Source: Rhodobacter capsulatus SB 1003 (GTDB lineage: Bacteria; Pseudomonadota; Alphaproteobacteria; Rhodobacterales; Rhodobacteraceae). From it: a stretch of DNA of 32,000 nt. The translations under genes and the position numbers were made by a program. The notes below the pieces were generated by a model. It worked only from the letters and a program-made list of their open reading frames with translations. It ran no database searches and had not been told where the DNA came from. The stretch covers positions 2,160,001-2,192,000 of the forward strand of contig NC_014034.1 in assembly GCF_000021865.1 (NCBI RefSeq), in the 5' to 3' direction. Numbering within the stretch: position 1 is the first letter of the stretch; the number at the start of each line of letters is the position of its first letter. Shown here piece after piece: positions 26,468-32,000 of this stretch.

Positions 26468-28339
26468 ATGACCCTCTCCGATCCGTTCCGCCTCGCCCTT
26501 GTCGGGCCGCCCAATTGCGGCAAGACGTCCCTCTTCAACGCGCTGACCGGCGCGCGGCAAAAGGTCGGCAACTATGCCGGCGTCACCGTCGAGCGCAAGG
26601 TCGGCCTTTTCTCCAGCCCCGGGGGCAAGCGCATCGAGCTGACCGACCTGCCCGGCACGCACAGCCTGCGCGCGCGCTCGCCCGACGAGGCGGTGACGCG
26701 CGATGTCGTCCTGGGCCGCCATCCGGCCGAACCCGCGCCGCAACTCATGCTCGTTGTCGTCGATGCCGTCGCGCCGCGCTCGGGGCTGCGGCTGGCGATG
26801 GAGCTCGTCGCCACCGGCCTGCCGATGATCGTCGTTCTGAACATGATCGACATTGCCCGGCACCGGAAGATCGAGATCGACCGCGCCGCGCTGCAGGCGG
26901 AACTGGGCGTGCCCGTCGTCAGCTCGACCGCGGTGCGCCGGGGCGGGCTGGACGCGCTTCTGGCGACGCTGGACGCGACCCTGGCCGGGGGCGTGCCCGA
27001 GGCCGGGCCGAACCTCTGGGCGCCGCCCGACGCGGCCGATCTGCGGCTCAGCCACCGGGCCGCCGACCGGCTGATCGCCCGTGCCGTGACCCTGCCGCCC
27101 GAACATGACACGCTGACCCATCGCATCGATCGGCTGCTGCTGCATCCGGTCTTCGGGCTGGTCTTCCTGCTCGGCCTGCTCTTCGTGATGTTTCAGGCGG
27201 TGTTCAGCTGGGCCGGGCCGGTGATGGATCTGATCGACACCGGCTTTGGCGCGCTTTCAGAGCTGATCCGCGCCCATGTCCCCGCGGGGCTGCTGCAAAG
27301 CTTCCTTGTCGATGCGGTGATCGGCGGCGTCGGCGGGGTGGTGATCTTCCTGCCGCAGATCGTGATCCTGTTCCTGTTCATCCTGCTTTTGGAGGATCTG
27401 GGCTACATGGCAAGGGCGGCCTTCCTGATGGACCGGATCATGGGCGGCGCCGGGCTGCATGGCCGCGCCTTCATCCCGCTTCTGTCGTCCTTTGCCTGCG
27501 CCATTCCGGGCATCATGGCGACGCGCGTCATCGACAATCCGCGCGACCGGCTGACCACCATCCTTGTGGCACCGCTGATGACCTGTTCGGCGCGGATCCC
27601 GGTCTATACGCTGATCGTGGCGGCCTTCATCCCGGCCCGCCCGATCCTTGGCATCTTCAGCCTGCAAGGGCTTGTGATGTTTGGCCTTTACGGCGCGGGC
27701 ATCGTCTCGGCGCTGGCCGTTTCCGCCGCGGCCAAGTTCCTGTTCGCGCGCGGCGAGCCCTCGCCGCCCTTCATGCTCGATCTGCCCGATTACAAGATCC
27801 CGCAGCCGCGCTCGGTGCTGATCGGGCTTTGGACAAGGGCTTCGGCCTTCCTCAAGCGCGCGGGCACGACGATCTTCACCATGACCGTGGTGATCTGGGT
27901 TCTGGCAAGCTTCCCGCAACCGCCCGAGGGCGCCACCGAACCGGCGATCCTTTACAGCTTCGCCGCCGGGATCGGCAAACTGCTGGAGCCGATCCTGTCG
28001 CCGATCGGCTTCAACTGGCAGATGGCGGTGGCGATCGTGCCCGCCATGGCCGCGCGCGAGATCGCCGTGGCCGGGCTGGCCACCGTCTATGCGGTCTCCG
28101 AGGGCGGCGGCGAGGCGGTTCTGGGCACGCTTTTGTCGGCGCAATGGAGCCTGGCGACGGCGCTGTCCTTCCTCGTCTGGTTCATCTTCGCGCCGCAATG
28201 CCTCTCGACGCTCGCGGTGATCCGGCGCGAGACCGGATCGGGCAAATGGATGTGGGTGACGGTTGCCTACATGTTTGCGCTGGCCTGGGTGGCGTGCTTT
28301 CTGACCTATCACCTGGCGGTGGCGCTCGGCTGGGGCTGA
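26468..28339 (+). CDS. feoB: ferrous iron transporter B
   Basis: The G-domain is LALVGPPNCGKTSLFNALTG..DLPG, followed by a polytopic membrane domain; 623 aa. Confidence 0.93.
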   Translation: MTLSDPFRLALVGPPNCGKTSLFNALTGARQKVGNYAGVTVERKVGLFSSPGGKRIELTDLPGTHSLRARSPDEAVTRDVVLGRHPAEPAPQLMLVVVDAVAPRSGLRLAMELVATGLPMIVVLNMIDIARHRKIEIDRAALQAELGVPVVSSTAVRRGGLDALLATLDATLAGGVPEAGPNLWAPPDAADLRLSHRAADRLIARAVTLPPEHDTLTHRIDRLLLHPVFGLVFLLGLLFVMFQAVFSWAGPVMDLIDTGFGALSELIRAHVPAGLLQSFLVDAVIGGVGGVVIFLPQIVILFLFILLLEDLGYMARAAFLMDRIMGGAGLHGRAFIPLLSSFACAIPGIMATRVIDNPRDRLTTILVAPLMTCSARIPVYTLIVAAFIPARPILGIFSLQGLVMFGLYGAGIVSALAVSAAAKFLFARGEPSPPFMLDLPDYKIPQPRSVLIGLWTRASAFLKRAGTTIFTMTVVIWVLASFPQPPEGATEPAILYSFAAGIGKLLEPILSPIGFNWQMAVAIVPAMAAREIAVAGLATVYAVSEGGGEAVLGTLLSAQWSLATALSFLVWFIFAPQCLSTLAVIRRETGSGKWMWVTVAYMFALAWVACFLTYHLAVALGWG

Positions 28340-28348
28340 GCCCTGATC

Positions 28349-28564
28349 TGACCGAGGCCATCGCCGAGGTCACGCGCGCCCTGTCCCCTTGTCCGGCCGC
28401 GGCCCAAAGGCCGCCGGCCAGCGCCCGCCCCGCCCTCGGCGGGCGCTTCTCGCCCGCCGGGTCAGGCGCTGGCCTCTGGCGCGCTTGCGGCAAGCGGTCC
28501 TGCCGCAGCCGGATCGCAACGGGCGGGGAAAGGCGGTGCCTTTCCTGATCCGCCCGAGACCGGC
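28349..28564 (+). repeat. ~215-nt GC-rich structured intergenic repeat, copy 2
   Basis: See copy 1. It starts 9 nt after the feoB stop and ends 2 nt before the allA stop codon. Confidence 0.85.
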
Positions 28565-28566
28565 AG

Positions 28567-29052
28567 TCAGCCCTCGACCAGAAGCGGCACCGGCAACGGA
28601 TATTCCTGCAAATTCGCCCCCGGCCCGATCCGGTCCACCACCGCATAGCGCCCCGGCGCACCGATCGGCGCCAGAACCCCGTGCCAGCAGTTGCGCAGGA
28701 TGTTCACCCCCTGCCCCGGCGCGGTCAGAAACGCCCGAAACCGCACCGGCACGCCATCCGCATCCTCGGCCACGCAGACCAGAAACGGCACGCCATCAAG
28801 CGGCAAAAACGCCTGTGAGCCCAGCGGATGCCGTTCGACCAGATCCAGAACATGGGGCAGCGTCCGCGCCTGCGCGTCAAAGAGCGAAATCCCCGCCCGC
28901 CCCTCGGCGTCGAAATCAAGCCGCGCCAGATCGTGATGGCGCCCGCAAAGCCCCGCATTGATCAGCCGGTCAGGCGGGCCAAGCACGTCGATCAGATCGC
29001 CGAAGGGGGCAAAGGCCTCGGCCGTCAGAGGCTCTATCATCAGCCGTTCCAT
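28567..29052 (-). CDS. allA: ureidoglycolate lyase
   Basis: MERLMIEPLTAEAFAPFGDLI...LVERHPLGSQAFLPL...NCWHGVL matches the AllA family pattern. The ATG at 29052 follows GGAGGA; 161 aa. Confidence 0.85.
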   Translation of the reverse strand: MERLMIEPLTAEAFAPFGDLIDVLGPPDRLINAGLCGRHHDLARLDFDAEGRAGISLFDAQARTLPHVLDLVERHPLGSQAFLPLDGVPFLVCVAEDADGVPVRFRAFLTAPGQGVNILRNCWHGVLAPIGAPGRYAVVDRIGPGANLQEYPLPVPLLVEG

Positions 29053-29186
29053 TCCATCCTCCGCAACCCGTCCCGCCCAGAAAAGACGCAAAATCAGGCA
29101 AGTGCAAGGGCGCGACACCGCCCCGTCGCTTTTGCGCTGGAGGCGGCGTCCCCGCCCCGCTAGCCTGAGCCCAAAGGAGACGATGG

Positions 29187-30425
29187 ATGGATGCTGCACT
29201 GATCTGGGACTGGGCCACTTTTGCGATGCGCTGGCTGCATGTCGTGACCGCCATCGCCTGGATCGGCTCGTCCTTTTACTTCATCGCGCTCGATCTGGGG
29301 CTGCGGGCCGCCCCCGACCTGCCCAAGGGCGCGGCGGGCGAGGAATGGCAGGTGCATGGCGGCGGCTTTTATCACATCCGCAAATATCTGGTCGCGCCCG
29401 AACGCATGCCCGAGCATCTGACCTGGTTCAAATGGGAAAGCTATGCGACCTGGCTTTCGGGCGCGGCGATGCTGATCCTGGTCTATTGGCACCGCGCGGA
29501 TCTGTTTCTGATCGATCCCGCCAAGATCGCCTGGGAGCCCTGGCAGGGCATGGCGCTTTCGGCGGCCTCGCTGACCCTGGGCTGGCTGATCTATGATGCC
29601 GCCTGCAAGTCGCCTCTGGGCAATTATCCGGCGGCTTTCATGGCGCTCTTGCTGGTCGCGCTGACAGCCATGGCCTGGGGCTATGGGCAGATCTTCACCG
29701 ACCGGGCGGCCTTCCTGCATCTGGGCGCCTATACCGCCACGATCATGACGGCGAATGTGTTTCTGATCATCATTCCGAACCAGAAGATCGTCGTGGCCGA
29801 CCTGCGCGCGGGGCGGGCGCCCGATCCGAAATACGGCAAGATCGCCAAGCTGCGCTCGATGCACAACAATTACCTGACGCTGCCGGTGGTGTTCTTCATG
29901 CTGTCGAACCATGCGCCGCTTGCTTTTGCGACGACCTGGGCCTGGGTCATCGCGGCGCTGGTTTTCCTGATGGGGGTGACGATCCGGCACTGGTTCAACA
30001 GCCGCCATGCGCGCAAGCCCGCGCCGTATTGGACGATCCCGGCGACGGTGCTGCTCTTTGGCCTCTGCGTCTGGCTCTCGATGCTGGGGCCGCGCGATGC
30101 GCCCGAGGAAGAGGCGGCGCTCTCCGGCACGGCGTTGCAGTTTGCGCAGGCCCCGGGGTTTGACGAGGTCGCAAGCCTTGTCACCGCGCATTGCGCCATG
30201 TGCCACACCCGCGACCCGGCCTACGAGGGGATCCTGGCCGCGCCGAAGGGGCTCCTTCTTGACACGCCCGAAGCGGTGGCGCGGGCGGCGGAACCGGTCT
30301 TCATCTTTGCCGGGCTGACGGCGGCGATGCCGCCCGGGGCGGCGAATTTCATGACGCCCGAGGACCGCGCGGCGATCCGCGCCTGGTATCGCGCCGGGGC
30401 GGAAGCGGAACTGGCACGGAACTGA
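29187..30425 (+). CDS. puuD: membrane urate hydroxylase PuuD-like protein (DUF989 plus a C-terminal c-type heme site)
   Basis: WLHVVTAIAWIGSSFYFIALD is followed by a multi-TM region and a C-terminal CAMCH heme-binding motif. The gene is divergent from allA. The ATG at 29187 follows AAGGAGA. Confidence 0.8.
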   Translation: MDAALIWDWATFAMRWLHVVTAIAWIGSSFYFIALDLGLRAAPDLPKGAAGEEWQVHGGGFYHIRKYLVAPERMPEHLTWFKWESYATWLSGAAMLILVYWHRADLFLIDPAKIAWEPWQGMALSAASLTLGWLIYDAACKSPLGNYPAAFMALLLVALTAMAWGYGQIFTDRAAFLHLGAYTATIMTANVFLIIIPNQKIVVADLRAGRAPDPKYGKIAKLRSMHNNYLTLPVVFFMLSNHAPLAFATTWAWVIAALVFLMGVTIRHWFNSRHARKPAPYWTIPATVLLFGLCVWLSMLGPRDAPEEEAALSGTALQFAQAPGFDEVASLVTAHCAMCHTRDPAYEGILAAPKGLLLDTPEAVARAAEPVFIFAGLTAAMPPGAANFMTPEDRAAIRAWYRAGAEAELARN

Positions 30426-30448
30426 CGGGGTTTCGGGCGGCATTGCCT

Positions 30449-30664
30449 TGACCGAGGCCATCGCCGAGGTCATGCGGAGCATGTCCCCTTGTCCGGCCGC
30501 GGCCCAAAGGCCGTCGGCCAGCGCCCGCCCCGCCCCCGGCGGGCGCTTCTCGCCCGCCAGGACGGGCGCCGGCCTCTGTCACGCTTGCAGCAGGCGGTCT
30601 TTGCAACGCAGTGGCGACCCGGGCGGGCAAAGGCAGTGCCTTTGCCTCTCCGCCCGAAACCGGC
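30449..30664 (+). repeat. ~215-nt GC-rich structured intergenic repeat, copy 3
   Basis: See copy 1. It starts 23 nt after the puuD stop and ends flush with the cobB stop codon (30665-30667). Confidence 0.85.
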
Positions 30665-31972
30665 CTATCCCGCGATCAGATGGAAGAAGCTGCCCGTCAC
30701 ATGGCCCCGCACGGAGCCCGTTTCCGCCACCGGAGCGCCCGCCGCATCGCAGACCTTTGCCAAGGGCGCATCGGGTTGCTCAAGGATCGTCGAATAATGG
30801 AACTCGTGCCCGTAAAGCCTTGATCCCGCACCATATCCCGGCAAAGGTGCCAGCAGATCGGCCGACCGGTAGCCCAGATGCAGCCGCCGCTTTTCATAGC
30901 TGGTGACCAGTCCCAGCAGCCCCGCCATCGCATGCGCCCGACCCTCGGCATCGACAAGCCTTGCCCCCAGAACCATGTAGCCGCCGCATTCGCCATGGAC
31001 CGAGCGGGTTTCGGCAAAGGCGCGCAAGCCCGCCTTGAAGCGCGTGGCCGCGGCAATCCGCCCCGCGTGCAATTCGGGATAGCCGCCCGGCAGCCAGACC
31101 AGATCGGCCGACGGATCGGGCGCCTGATCGGCCAAGGGCGAGAACGGCAAGACCGTCACCCCCGCCCGCCGCCAGGCCTCCAGCATATGCGGATAGACGA
31201 AGGAAAAGGCGGCGTCGCGGGCGAGCGCAATCCGCCCCGCGGGCGGCACCGCCCAGGCCCCGGCCCCGGGCGCGGGGCCAGCGCCCGCAACGGACAAAAG
31301 CGCCTCCAGATCCACATGCGCGGCGACGAAATCGGCGAGCGCCTCCAGCGTCGCCTCAAGCCCCGCCTGTTCCTCGGCCTGCACCAGCCCCAGATGCCGC
31401 TCGGGCAGGCTCAGATCCGACCGGCGCGGCAGCGCGCCCAGAACGCGCAGGCCGAGCCGGTCCATCTCGGCGCGGATCATCGCCTCGTGCCGGGGGCTGG
31501 CGACATGGTTCAGGATCACCCCCGCCAGGGGCGGCGCCTCGGGGTGGCGGGCAAAGCCAAGCGCGGTTGCCGCCGCCGATTGCCCCTGCCCCTTGACATC
31601 GAGCACCAGAACGACGGGCCAGCCAAACATCCGCGCGATCTCGGCACTGGTGCCGCGCCCCGACCGGCCCGGATCGGCGGGCCCGTCATAAAGCCCCATC
31701 GCGCCTTCGAAAATCACCAGATCGGCGCCCGCCGCCTGGCCCGCCAGCGCATGCAGCTGCGGCCGGTCCATCGCCCAGCCATCCAGGTTGAAACTGGCCC
31801 GCCCGGCGGCGGCGGCGTGAAAGGCGGGGTCGATGTAATCGGGCCCGTTCTTGAACGGCTGCACGCGCAGCCCCCGCCGGGTCAGCGCCCGCAACAGCCC
31901 CAGCGTCAGCGTCGTCTTGCCCGAGCCCGAGGCCGGTGCGGCAATCGCAAGACCCTTCGGTCCCTCGCTCAT
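30665..31972 (-). CDS. cobB: cobyrinate/hydrogenobyrinate a,c-diamide synthase
   Basis: IAAPASGSGKTTLTLGLLRAL is the P-loop; KNGPDYIDP is present, and the C-terminal glutamine amidotransferase domain shows HGECGGYM and GHEFHYS. Confidence 0.92.
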   Translation of the reverse strand: MSEGPKGLAIAAPASGSGKTTLTLGLLRALTRRGLRVQPFKNGPDYIDPAFHAAAAGRASFNLDGWAMDRPQLHALAGQAAGADLVIFEGAMGLYDGPADPGRSGRGTSAEIARMFGWPVVLVLDVKGQGQSAAATALGFARHPEAPPLAGVILNHVASPRHEAMIRAEMDRLGLRVLGALPRRSDLSLPERHLGLVQAEEQAGLEATLEALADFVAAHVDLEALLSVAGAGPAPGAGAWAVPPAGRIALARDAAFSFVYPHMLEAWRRAGVTVLPFSPLADQAPDPSADLVWLPGGYPELHAGRIAAATRFKAGLRAFAETRSVHGECGGYMVLGARLVDAEGRAHAMAGLLGLVTSYEKRRLHLGYRSADLLAPLPGYGAGSRLYGHEFHYSTILEQPDAPLAKVCDAAGAPVAETGSVRGHVTGSFFHLIAG

Positions 31973-32000
31973 CTTTCCCCTCCCGCCCGGTCGGGCCCTG

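Noticed and set aside
30449-30664. A cobalamin riboswitch, considered because copy 3 lies next to cobB and its minus strand contains CGCCACTG.
   Set aside because: The element is at the 3' end of cobB, not in its leader. I cannot find a B12 box (AGCCAGGAGACCTGCC-like) or the GGGAA/GGTG core. The same element occurs beside the unrelated genes EamA, allA and feoB.

Overview
High-GC alphaproteobacterial chromosome segment; the Rhodobacter-like assignment is inferred from gene content and the smoEFGK-smoS-mtlK layout. The left ~5.8 kb is accessory DNA. It holds the 3' part of a very large single effector with two HEPN R-x4-H motifs (Cas13a/C2c2-like, open at the window edge) that ends in an S1/OB-like domain. 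Downstream are an AT-rich leader, a 3-repeat/2-spacer CRISPR array, an SD-led 516-aa protein with a C-terminal two-TM hairpin, and a convergent P4-type tyrosine integrase. This type VI-A-like, apparently mobile RNA-targeting locus and its uncharacterised membrane neighbour are the main finding. The rest is core genome: tig; rpsF-rpsR-rplI; an EamA transporter; a patatin-like protein with an Ala/Lys/Pro-rich N-terminus; an FAH-family hydrolase plus aldehyde dehydrogenase; a CUT2 sugar ABC operon; a HAD phosphatase, SorC regulator and polyol operon (smoEFGK, smoS, mtlK); feoAB; allA and puuD; and cobB. Noncoding features are three same-orientation copies of a ~215-nt hairpin-rich repeat that abut stop codons, a MITE-like inverted-repeat pair, stem-loops after both ABC binding-protein genes, and a structured rpsF leader. 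Several genes contain short out-of-frame patches bounded by homopolymer runs, which points to homopolymer sequencing errors, so every protein sequence from this contig needs caution. Most long ORFs in the track that overlap these genes on the other strand or in another frame are high-GC shadow ORFs.
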